From positions 1 through 39,314 of the forward strand of contig JAILGY010000036.1 of assembly GCA_024696325.1 (NCBI GenBank): a stretch of 39,314 nucleotides of DNA, written 5' to 3'. Positions 26,651-34,628 of the stretch are shown here, in pieces. Source of the DNA: a bacterium. GTDB taxonomy: Bacteria; Desulfobacterota; Desulfuromonadia; Desulfuromonadales; JAAYDE01. Below the pieces are notes generated by a model, which was not told where the DNA came from, ran no database searches, and saw only the letters and a program-made list of their open reading frames with translations. How positions within the stretch are numbered: the first letter of the stretch is position 1; the number at the start of each line of letters is the position of its first letter. The translations under genes and the position numbers were made by a program.

Positions 26651-28248
26651 TGAACGGACTTCTGAAATTCATCACCTGTGGCAGCGTGGATGACGGTAAG
26701 TCCACACTCATCGGGCACATTCTTTACGACACCAAGCTCCTCTATGCCGATCAGGAGCGAGCACTGGAACTGGACAGCCGTGTGGGCTCCCGGGGCGGAG
26801 CGATCGATTACTCCCTGCTTCTGGACGGGCTTATGGCGGAACGCGAACAGGGCATCACCATCGACGTGGCCTACCGTTATTTCACGACAGATCGACGCAG
26901 CTTCATTGTGGCAGACACGCCTGGACATGAGGAATACACCCGCAATATGGCGGTAGGCGCAAGTTTCGCCGATCTGGCGGTTATTCTGGTAGATGCAACG
27001 AAGGGCGTGCTTGTGCAGACGCGCCGTCATGCGCGCATCTGCGCACTCATGGGCATCCGAGCTTTCGTATTCGCTGTAAACAAAATGGATCTGGTAGAGT
27101 ATGACCGCAAACCCTTTGAAAAGATTCAGGCGCAAATAGAGGAACTTGAAAACGAACTGGGGCTGCAGGACGTCAAAATCATCCCGCTCTCCGCCACAAC
27201 AGGGGAGAATTTGACAAAACCGTCAGCTCTCATGGACTGGTACCAGGGCGGACCTTTGCTGAACTGGCTCGAAACGGTGGCAGTGGAACCCGCCGGTCAC
27301 GAGGAGGGATTTTACATGCCCGTCCAGCGGGTATGCCGTCCGGATCATACCTTCCGGGGCTTTCAGGGACAAATCGAAACCGGTGAGATCCGGATCGGAG
27401 ATATGCTGAGCGTTCTGCCCAGCGGCACAAAGGCCGGTGTAAAAAACATACTGGTGGGCGATCAGTCCGTCAGTGCAGCAGGAGAAGGCCAGCCCGTTAC
27501 CATAGAACTGGATACGGAGGTGGACATCTCGCGCGGCAGCGTTCTCGTCAAAGACACGGTTCCGCACACGGCCAGCCATTTCGATGCCACCCTGCTCTGG
27601 ATGGATGACGAGACATTGACCCATTCCCGTGCCCTCTTTATCAAGGCAGGCACCCGGCTCATACCGGCAAAGATTGACAGCATCCGTTACACCGTGGATG
27701 TAAATACCGGTGAACACAGAAATGCCACAAGCCTGAAAAAGAACGAAATCGCCCTGTGCTCCATCTCGCTGTCGTCCCCAATTGTGGTGGACACCTTTTC
27801 CAGCCACCGGACACTGGGCGAACTGATCCTGATTGATCGGATCACCAACGCCACTGCCGCCTGTGGTATCATCGAAACGGTCTTTGATGCCGGTGAACAG
27901 AACGCGGAAAAGATCGGCCCGGAAACGCGGGCGAAATATATGGGCCAGACGCCGTTTCTCATCCTTGCGGACAACATCCACAAAGCCGAGGAAATTGAGC
28001 GGGAACTGCTCTCTCAGGGACTTCACACCATGCAGGTGCGCGAAAGTGGCGAGCATCTCCTTTTCGCCGCGGATCTGCTGCAGCAGGCCGGGATCATCAC
28101 GGTCATCCCTGGAGAGTCTCTGGATGCTCCGACGGAAAAGCGGATCCGGCAGGAACGGCGGCCGGAATTCGTTCTGGATCTTCGGGAAAGTGGACCGGAA
28201 AAGGATCGTCTGCTGTACGAAAATACCGTAAATTATACATACTACTAG
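26650..28248 (+). CDS. cysN: Sulfate adenylyltransferase subunit 1 (CysN GTPase) with a ~115-aa C-terminal extension
   Basis: The start ATG overlaps the cysD TGA (TGATG). GTPase motifs: GSVDDGKST, DTPGHEEY, NKMD. 532 aa, against roughly 475 aa for stand-alone CysN. Confidence 0.9.
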   Translation: MNGLLKFITCGSVDDGKSTLIGHILYDTKLLYADQERALELDSRVGSRGGAIDYSLLLDGLMAEREQGITIDVAYRYFTTDRRSFIVADTPGHEEYTRNMAVGASFADLAVILVDATKGVLVQTRRHARICALMGIRAFVFAVNKMDLVEYDRKPFEKIQAQIEELENELGLQDVKIIPLSATTGENLTKPSALMDWYQGGPLLNWLETVAVEPAGHEEGFYMPVQRVCRPDHTFRGFQGQIETGEIRIGDMLSVLPSGTKAGVKNILVGDQSVSAAGEGQPVTIELDTEVDISRGSVLVKDTVPHTASHFDATLLWMDDETLTHSRALFIKAGTRLIPAKIDSIRYTVDVNTGEHRNATSLKKNEIALCSISLSSPIVVDTFSSHRTLGELILIDRITNATAACGIIETVFDAGEQNAEKIGPETRAKYMGQTPFLILADNIHKAEEIERELLSQGLHTMQVRESGEHLLFAADLLQQAGIITVIPGESLDAPTEKRIRQERRPEFVLDLRESGPEKDRLLYENTVNYTYY

Positions 28249-28262
28249 AAGGAGGATTTCCC

Positions 28263-29123
28263 ATGGCTGTGGACTATGCGGCACTCAAGGCCGGCGGTTT
28301 TATGCGCCAGAAGCAGAAGAACACCTTTTCTCTCCGTCTGCGGGTGGTAGGCGGCACACTGACGGTGGAGCAACTTCAGACCATCGCCGCCGCAGCAAAA
28401 AAATACGGAAAGAACTACGTTCACCTCACTTCACGCCAGGGGGTGGAAATTCCCTTTATCCGGCTTGAAGACATTGAAAACATCAAAAACGACCTTGCCG
28501 CGGGCGGGGTGTCCCCCAGTGTCTGCGGGCCCCGCGTCCGAACGGTAACGGCCTGTCAGGGAGGACAATGCTGCCCCAGCGGCTGCATCGACGCGCTGGC
28601 CATTGCCACCGAGCTGGATCGCCGCTACTTCGGGCGGCAGCTACCCCACAAATTCAAGTTTGGCGTCACCGGATGCCAGAACAACTGCCTCAAGGCCGAG
28701 GAAAACGATCTGGGCGTCAAGGGCGGCATGGCCATCTCCTGGGCGGCGGATGAATGCACTCTCTGCGGTGTATGCGAAAAAGCCTGCCGCCGTGACGCGA
28801 TCTCCATGGGAAATGGCAAGATTGTGCTGGATGCGGGAAAATGCAACCACTGCGGCCGCTGCGTCATGGCCTGCCCCTCCGGAGCCTGGCACGGAAAAAG
28901 CGGTTACCTCGTCTCCTTCGGCGGCACTTTCGGAAATGCCATTCGGAAAGGCAGGGAGCTTCTTCCTCTTGTTGAAGACGAGGAGACATTGTGGCGGATA
29001 GCGGACACCGCCATCGAATATTTTGCCCAAAACGCCCAGCCCGGCGAACGCTTCGCCAAAGTACTGGAGCGTTTGGGATGGGATGATTTCACACGGAAAG
29101 TACGGGAAGCATATCAGGCTTGA
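28263..29123 (+). CDS. Small siroheme/[4Fe-4S] sulfite reductase with an inserted ferredoxin domain (low-molecular-weight assimilatory or AsrC/Dsr-like type)
   Basis: 286 aa. Sulfite/nitrite reductase Cys cluster (TACQGGQCC...GVTGCQNNC). Two inserted CxxCxxCxxxC motifs (CTLCGVCEKAC, CNHCGRCVMACP). GGAGG RBS. Confidence 0.8.
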   Translation: MAVDYAALKAGGFMRQKQKNTFSLRLRVVGGTLTVEQLQTIAAAAKKYGKNYVHLTSRQGVEIPFIRLEDIENIKNDLAAGGVSPSVCGPRVRTVTACQGGQCCPSGCIDALAIATELDRRYFGRQLPHKFKFGVTGCQNNCLKAEENDLGVKGGMAISWAADECTLCGVCEKACRRDAISMGNGKIVLDAGKCNHCGRCVMACPSGAWHGKSGYLVSFGGTFGNAIRKGRELLPLVEDEETLWRIADTAIEYFAQNAQPGERFAKVLERLGWDDFTRKVREAYQA

Positions 29124-29206
29124 CGTGAACCCCCCAAAAAACTTGAAAAGGTGGGAAACTCATCCCGAAGACAGGCGTTCCTAAACGGCAACGGAGAGGA
29201 GTATCA

Positions 29207-30059
29207 ATGTCTTTGCCGGAATTGTCTCCAGAACTGAAACGAAAATTTGCTCGACTCCAGGCATATATCAGAACCCTGAATAGTCTGGTGGTAGCCTGCT
29301 CCGGAGGCGTAGATTCCACTCTCCTGCTTGCGGTGGCCCACGAGGTTCTGGGTGACCGGGTACTGGCTGTCACCGGCGCAGACGTCTCGGTGCCCAGCCG
29401 GGAAGTGGAGTTTGTGCGAACCTTTTGCGCGGCCCGGGGCATCCGGCATGTCATTTGCCCGGTCAATCCGCTGAAGGAAGCGGGCTACCGGCACAACAGT
29501 CCGGACCGCTGTTATTTTTGCAAAAAGATCCTGTTTACTGCGCTGATGGGCATCGCCCGGAAAAAGAGCACATATCGCGGAAGGCTCCAACAGGGATGAC
29601 ACGGGCGATTACCGGCCCGGACTGAGGGCTGCGGCGGAACTGTCGGTCAAAAGTCCGCTCAAGGAGGCGGGACTGGGCAAAGAGGAAATTCGCTTGCTTG
29701 CCAAAGCACTGGGCCTGCCAATCTGGGACAAGCCCGCCTCCGCCTGCCTGGCATCACGTTTCTCCTATGGCGAGGAAATTACCGAAGAAAAATTGCGCTG
29801 CGTCGAGCGCGCCGAACAATTTCTCATGGACAGCGGTTTTCGGCAGGCGCGGGTCAGAATTCACGGGCATCTCGCCAGAATTGAGGTGCCTCGGGAAGAT
29901 ATCGAAAAGCTGGCGGCGGCGGAGATACGTCAGGCTGTCTGCCAAGAATTCCGACGCATCGGTTTTCTGTTCACCGCCTTGGATCTGGAGGGCTACCGCA
30001 CCGGCAGTATGAACGCGGCTCTATCGCGCGAAACACCCGCCGGATTTCCGGGACGTTGA
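29207..30059 (+). pseudogene. larE: LarE-like PP-loop ATP pyrophosphatase / sulfur transferase, interrupted by a +1 frameshift
   Basis: The two track ORFs (29207-29599 and 29694-30059) together form one LarE/TIGR00268-like protein. They carry the PP-loop ACSGGVDS, CYFCKK, DDTGDYRPG and the SACLASRF Cys motif. The reading frames change at the A5 run at 29561-29565. Removing one A gives a continuous ...IARKRAHIAEGSNRDDTGDYRPG.... Confidence 0.7.
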
Positions 30060-30125
30060 CGCTTGACGCAGCTCACAAGGAAAACACGGGCAAAAGCCTC
30101 ATCAATCAAGAAGGGAAAATCAATC

Positions 30126-31127
30126 ATGACAACCTTGCTGCAAGACGTTGAAGAACGCCTGTTTTCCGGCGGAAGCATCGACCGGGATGCAGCTCTGGCG
30201 CTGACCGAATGGCCGGACAAACCTTCCCTCTACCGCCTGGCTGACAAGATCCGCCGCCATTTCATGGGTGACCGCTTCGACGCCTGCGCCATCATCAACG
30301 CCAAAAGCGGCAATTGCATGGAAGACTGCCGCTTCTGCGCCCAGTCGGCCCGGCACCGCACCGAAGCCCCTCATTACGCCTTCATCGACAAGGAGGAGGC
30401 TCTGCGTCTGGCCCGGGACTGCGACGCGCACGGAGTGGAACGTATCGGCCTGGTCACCAGCGGCCGTAAACTGAACGAGCGAACGCTGGCCGACATGGAG
30501 CGGCTTTTCGCCGAAATGGCCAGAAGCACGGGGCTCTATCTCTGCTCCTCGGCCGGACTGCTGGACGAAGCAACCGTCAGCCGCCTCGCCGCGGCCGGGC
30601 TAAAACGTTACCACTGCAATCTGGAGGCCTGCAAAAATTACTTTCCCCAGGTCTGCACCACCCACACTTGGGAGGAAAAGGCAGCCACTCTCAGGCTGGC
30701 GCGCGCACATGGACTGGCGCTTTGCTCCGGCGGCATTATCGGCATGGGCGAGAGCATTGCCGACCGCGTCGATCTGGCTTTGGAGCTGCGGGATTTGGGC
30801 GTCATGTCCATCGCCTTCAACGTGCTCACCCCGATTCCCGGCACACCGCTGGCTCACCTAGAGCCACTTGCCCTGGATGAGGTACTTACCGCGATCGCCG
30901 TGTTCCGCCTGATCAATCCGAAGGCGGTTTTACGCATGTGCGGCGGTCGCCAGCAACTGGGAAAAGATCAGTACCGCTGCTTCACCTCGGGCGCAAACGG
31001 AGCCATTGTAGGCAACTATCTCACCACGAACGGCAACGAACTGGCCGACGATTTGGCCCGTATCAAGGCTTTGGGCTTCACCCTGCCCCGGGAGACAGCC
31101 GGGACGGATCTGAGGCGGACCAGTTAA
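30126..31127 (+). CDS. bioB: Biotin synthase-like radical SAM enzyme (BioB)
   Basis: Radical SAM CMEDCRFC motif. BioB motifs YHCNLE, LCSGGIIGMGE, RMCGGRQ, NYLTT.G. I placed the start at the ATG at 30126 (MTTLLQD...). Confidence 0.85.
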   Translation: MTTLLQDVEERLFSGGSIDRDAALALTEWPDKPSLYRLADKIRRHFMGDRFDACAIINAKSGNCMEDCRFCAQSARHRTEAPHYAFIDKEEALRLARDCDAHGVERIGLVTSGRKLNERTLADMERLFAEMARSTGLYLCSSAGLLDEATVSRLAAAGLKRYHCNLEACKNYFPQVCTTHTWEEKAATLRLARAHGLALCSGGIIGMGESIADRVDLALELRDLGVMSIAFNVLTPIPGTPLAHLEPLALDEVLTAIAVFRLINPKAVLRMCGGRQQLGKDQYRCFTSGANGAIVGNYLTTNGNELADDLARIKALGFTLPRETAGTDLRRTS

Positions 31128-31192
31128 ACGCCTGTTGAATCCCGCCGGCAGTGTGGAAACCCGCAGTTCCTTTTTTACGCGAGGCGACAGCC

Positions 31193-31678
31193 ATGAAAAT
31201 ATGCATCACAGCTCTCCTGGCCTGCGTAGCCCTGTTTTTTCCCGTATCCGCCGTGTCCGCGTTTCCGGCGGATGCCCCCGCCTGGTCACTGGATGCGGCG
31301 GGCAATCTGCATATCCACGCCGGTCAAGTAACGGCCAAGCCCCTGTTCATTCCCCTGAAAGCGGGGGAAACCTCCATGGAAATCATCGCGGTACGCGACG
31401 GAAACGGCGAAATACGGGCAGCCTTCAACACATGCCAGATCTGCAACGGCGCGCCCCGCACCTATTTTGTCCACCAAAGCAAGCTCTTTGCCCCCAAAGG
31501 CTTTGTCTGTCAGAACTGCGGCAACGTGTTTTCCGCCAAGCAGCTCGGCCTGCAAGGCAACGGCTGCCACCCCCTGGCCATACCCAACTTGAGCACCGCT
31601 GTGGAAAACATCATCATTCCCGCAGACGTCCTGATTGTGCACACACCCTTTTTCCGCAACTGGGAAAGAGGACTTTAA
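31193..31678 (+). CDS. Exported DUF2318-like Cys4 (zinc-ribbon/Fe-S-like) protein
   Basis: Start set at the ATG at 31193, which gives a signal peptide (MKICITALLACVALFFPVSAVSA). CQICNG...CQNCGN pair of CxxC motifs plus GCHP. Confidence 0.6.
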   Translation: MKICITALLACVALFFPVSAVSAFPADAPAWSLDAAGNLHIHAGQVTAKPLFIPLKAGETSMEIIAVRDGNGEIRAAFNTCQICNGAPRTYFVHQSKLFAPKGFVCQNCGNVFSAKQLGLQGNGCHPLAIPNLSTAVENIIIPADVLIVHTPFFRNWERGL

Positions 31679-33048
31679 TGGACAGCAGCACGCTTCGCCT
31701 GAATATTGCGGGCATGACCTGCCCGCTCTGCGAGGAACGGGTGGCAAAGGCACTGTCCGCCGTACCCGGCGTACTGGGGGCAAAAGCCGACTTCGCACGG
31801 GGGGAAGCGGCATTGAAGCTCGCTCCGGAACAAAAAGCGGCACTTCTCATGCCCAAACTCCATCAGGCTGTGCAGGAAGCCGGTTACCGCATCGTCCCGC
31901 AGCCGGGTAAGGAAACCGGGGCTAAATTCGGCCAGGTTTTGGGGCTTCTCGGTATGGCGCTTCTTATCTTTTGGGCAGGCAAGCACTTCATCCCCGCCAA
32001 ACTCACCGGCTTTTTCCCCGGCCCTGGCCAGGCGGCAAGCCTGGGAGCGCTCTTCAGCGTGGGCCTCCTGACTGCCCCTCACTGCCTGGCCATGTGCGGC
32101 GGCATTGCCATGTCCCATGGCCTCTGGGCCGCGAAAAACGCCGGCCAGGGAACCGGTATCCGTCAGGCCGCTCTTTGCTTTCAGGCAGGCAGACTGCTCT
32201 CCTACAGCGCCACAGGTGCAATCGCAGGCCTGCTCGGCCAAACCTTTGCGCTTGAGCCTGTTATGCGAGGAGGCCTCATGCTCCTGGCTGGCGCGTTCAT
32301 GCTGATCATGGCACTGAACATGGTGGGCAGTTTCAGCTTTTTACGGCGTCTGCAATTCCGCCCGCTCCGCCTTCCCGGCCGTCTGGCCGCCAGCTTGCGC
32401 GACCGTTTTTCCGTTTCCGGAACAAGCAGCGGCAGGCATTTCTTTTTGCTTTCCCTCGGCATGGGATTGGCTAACGGGCTTATGCCCTGCGGCCCGCTGC
32501 AGCTTATGCAGGTCTATGCCCTGGGCCTGGATGGAGCGGGCTCAGGGGCCGCGGCCTTGGCCGCTTTCTGTCTTGGCACCATGCCCGCCTTGCTGGGTGT
32601 GAACCTGTTTACCGGCCACCTGAACCAAAAGGAGACAAAACGGATCTTTCAAGCGTCGGCGCTCCTGATCATGGTTTTAGCCCTGGGGATGATGCAAAAC
32701 GGATTAGCCCTGACCGGACGGCAAACATTGGCCGCGTCTCAAAACCCGGAAGGTGCGGTCGCACGGCTTACTGCAACCGGGCAGGAAGTCGTTTCCACTG
32801 CGGATTTTGGCGCTTTTCAGCCCATTGTGGTGCAAAAAGGGCTGCCCGTGATATGGAAGCTGATGATGCCCAAAGACAAACTTGTCGGATGCAACAACGC
32901 CATCCTCGTTCCGATCTTCGGGATAGAGCAGCAACTGACAGCAGGGGAAAATCTTATTTCCTTTACCCCCGGGCAAAGCGGAACTTTTGCCTTTACATGC
33001 TGGATGGGCATGATCACCAGCCGCATCACCGTGGTAGACACCCTGTAA
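31678..33048 (+). CDS. HMA domain / DsbD_2 (TauE-SafE/UreH-like) polytopic membrane domain / C-terminal cupredoxin-like domain fusion protein
   Basis: The start ATG overlaps the upstream TAA (TAATG). N-terminal GMTCPLCE heavy-metal-associated motif. TM region with HCLAMCGG and MPCGPLQ motifs. The C-terminal beta-rich domain ends FAFTCWMGMITSRITVV. Confidence 0.7.
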   Translation: MDSSTLRLNIAGMTCPLCEERVAKALSAVPGVLGAKADFARGEAALKLAPEQKAALLMPKLHQAVQEAGYRIVPQPGKETGAKFGQVLGLLGMALLIFWAGKHFIPAKLTGFFPGPGQAASLGALFSVGLLTAPHCLAMCGGIAMSHGLWAAKNAGQGTGIRQAALCFQAGRLLSYSATGAIAGLLGQTFALEPVMRGGLMLLAGAFMLIMALNMVGSFSFLRRLQFRPLRLPGRLAASLRDRFSVSGTSSGRHFFLLSLGMGLANGLMPCGPLQLMQVYALGLDGAGSGAAALAAFCLGTMPALLGVNLFTGHLNQKETKRIFQASALLIMVLALGMMQNGLALTGRQTLAASQNPEGAVARLTATGQEVVSTADFGAFQPIVVQKGLPVIWKLMMPKDKLVGCNNAILVPIFGIEQQLTAGENLISFTPGQSGTFAFTCWMGMITSRITVVDTL

Positions 33049-33107
33049 TTCTTTTTACAAGAACTTTTTGCGGAATCAAGAGGAAGAGAAAAAACAACCG
33101 CGCGCTG

Positions 33108-33359
33108 TCAGTCTCCCGCTTTCCGCACTATCAGATCATAGGTTCCGTCACCGTTGGCGGAAAGTTTCAAAACCTGATGTCCCTCTTCCTTCATGCTGCG
33201 GGGTACATCCCGTACCGGCTCGCCATCGTTCATACGGACTCGCAGCACCTGCCCTTCCTCAAGTTCCTCCAGAGCGGCTTTCGCCTTGACAAAGGTAACA
33301 GGACACACGACATCCGTGATATCGATCGTGTCATCCACCGTATATTTTTCCTCAGGCAC
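33108..33359 (-). CDS. tusA: TusA/SirA-family sulfurtransferase
   Basis: 83 aa. Conserved DITDVVCPVTFVKAKAAL Cys-Pro motif. GTG start preceded by AGGAGGGAAGG. Confidence 0.8.
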   Translation of the reverse strand: MPEEKYTVDDTIDITDVVCPVTFVKAKAALEELEEGQVLRVRMNDGEPVRDVPRSMKEEGHQVLKLSANGDGTYDLIVRKAGD

Positions 33360-33376
33360 TTTCCTTCCCTCCTGTT

Positions 33377-33796
33377 TTAATCAACCAGTACCAGTTCCTC
33401 TTTTCTTACCATGTCGCCTTCGATGTGGAATGCATTGAGCACCGGGCGTTCCTCGTCCACAAGGGAGAGTATCAGATACGTCGCCTTCGAATCATAGGCG
33501 AGACGTCTGTCCTCCTCCGAGGGCCTTGCGGGAGAAGCCGGATGGGAATGCCAGTTGCCGATCGGTCTGATGCCCAGAGCCCTCATATCTTTAACCGCCC
33601 GCAGCTGTTCTTTGGGATCAAGCGTGAAATGATCAGAGGAATCATCAAGATTGGTCAGCAAATAGACCTTTCTGATTTCCCGTACTCCGTCCGCCGTTTC
33701 AACACCCCCGACTAGTCCGCAGACCTCCTTGGGCGCGCATTTTACGGCATGCGCAAGAATGGTCCCGTAGTCGGCGCTTTTCATAGTGATCCGCAT
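33377..33796 (-). CDS. JAMM/MPN+ (Mov34) metalloprotease, Mec+/HcyD/QbsD-like
   Basis: EVCGLVGG plus HSHPASPARPSEED (the HxHx7Sx2D JAMM motif). I placed the start at the ATG at 33796, which is preceded by GGAGG; the longer track ORF overlaps the thiF-like gene. Confidence 0.8.
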   Translation of the reverse strand: MRITMKSADYGTILAHAVKCAPKEVCGLVGGVETADGVREIRKVYLLTNLDDSSDHFTLDPKEQLRAVKDMRALGIRPIGNWHSHPASPARPSEEDRRLAYDSKATYLILSLVDEERPVLNAFHIEGDMVRKEELVLVD

Positions 33797-33812
33797 CTTG
33801 AGCCTCCCCGCC

Positions 33813-34628
33813 TCAGGTCCCGGGCCGCCACTCGCAGGCCGGTTGTTCATAGTCGGCAAGTTCCCTGATTTCGGGCTCGTCCGCGCAGACGGCGCACCCC
33901 TTTCCCCGTGCCGGCAGCTTGACCTTGCGGAAGTTCATCTGGAGGGCATCGTAGGTCAGAAGATAACCGGTGAGCAATTCCCCCACGCCGCAGATATACT
34001 TGACCGCCTCCATGGCCTGCAATGAGCCGATCACGCCGCCCATCGCGCCAATCACGCCCGCTTCCTTGCACGTGGGAATAACACCCTGCGGCGGCATTTC
34101 CCTGAATATGCACCGGTAACAGGGGCTTTCACCGGGAAGAACCGTCATCAGCTGCCCCTGAAAACGGATAATGCCCGCATGGCTGAAAGGCTTTCTGGCC
34201 ATGACGCAGGCGTCGTTGATCAAAAACTTGGCGGGGAAGTTGTCCGTACCATCCAGGACAAAGTCGTATTCCTCAATAATGTCCAAAATGTTGCCGCTGT
34301 CGACCCGCTCGGGCCAGGTCACGACCGTAATCTCCGGATTGATCGCCAGCATGGTTTCCTTTGCCGAGTCTACCTTGGCCTTGCCAATATCCGGCGTTGT
34401 GTGGATGATCTGGCGCTGCAGGTTGGACAGATCGACCACATCCGCATCCGCTATCCCGATAGTTCCAACCCCCGCCGCCGCAAGATACATCGCGGCAGGC
34501 GCGCCCAAGCCCCCCGCGCCTATGATCAACACCTTGGCATTCAGAAGCTTCTTCTGCCCCTTTGCGCCAATCTCTTTCAGGATGATATGCCGGGAATACC
34601 GCTCCAACTGTTCATTGCTCAAAGCCAT
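33813..34628 (-). CDS. ThiF/MoeB/HesA-family E1-like adenylyltransferase for the sulfur-carrier protein
   Basis: Starts at MALSNEQLERYSRHIIL. Nucleotide loop IIGAGGLGAPAA. CYRC and CAVC zinc motifs. No C-terminal rhodanese domain. The ATG at 34628 is preceded by GGGAGG. Confidence 0.85.
   Translation of the reverse strand: MALSNEQLERYSRHIILKEIGAKGQKKLLNAKVLIIGAGGLGAPAAMYLAAAGVGTIGIADADVVDLSNLQRQIIHTTPDIGKAKVDSAKETMLAINPEITVVTWPERVDSGNILDIIEEYDFVLDGTDNFPAKFLINDACVMARKPFSHAGIIRFQGQLMTVLPGESPCYRCIFREMPPQGVIPTCKEAGVIGAMGGVIGSLQAMEAVKYICGVGELLTGYLLTYDALQMNFRKVKLPARGKGCAVCADEPEIRELADYEQPACEWRPGT

Noticed and set aside
27223-28284. 353-aa minus-strand ORF
   Set aside because: It is antisense to cysN and has no motifs or plausible start context.
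29555-29570. Programmed ribosomal frameshift at CGG-AAA-AAG in the larE-like gene
   Set aside because: The downstream frame is +1, not -1. The sequence is not a true X-XXY-YYZ heptamer in the zero frame (G-AAA-AAG). I see no stimulatory stop codon or structure. A homopolymer indel, either a sequencing error or a mutation, is the simpler explanation.
31135-31677. N-terminal 181 codons of the 637-aa track ORF
   Set aside because: This stretch overlaps the DUF2318 gene in another frame and is Arg/Ser/Pro-rich. The recognisable protein (HMA domain) begins at the ATG at 31678, which is coupled to the upstream stop.
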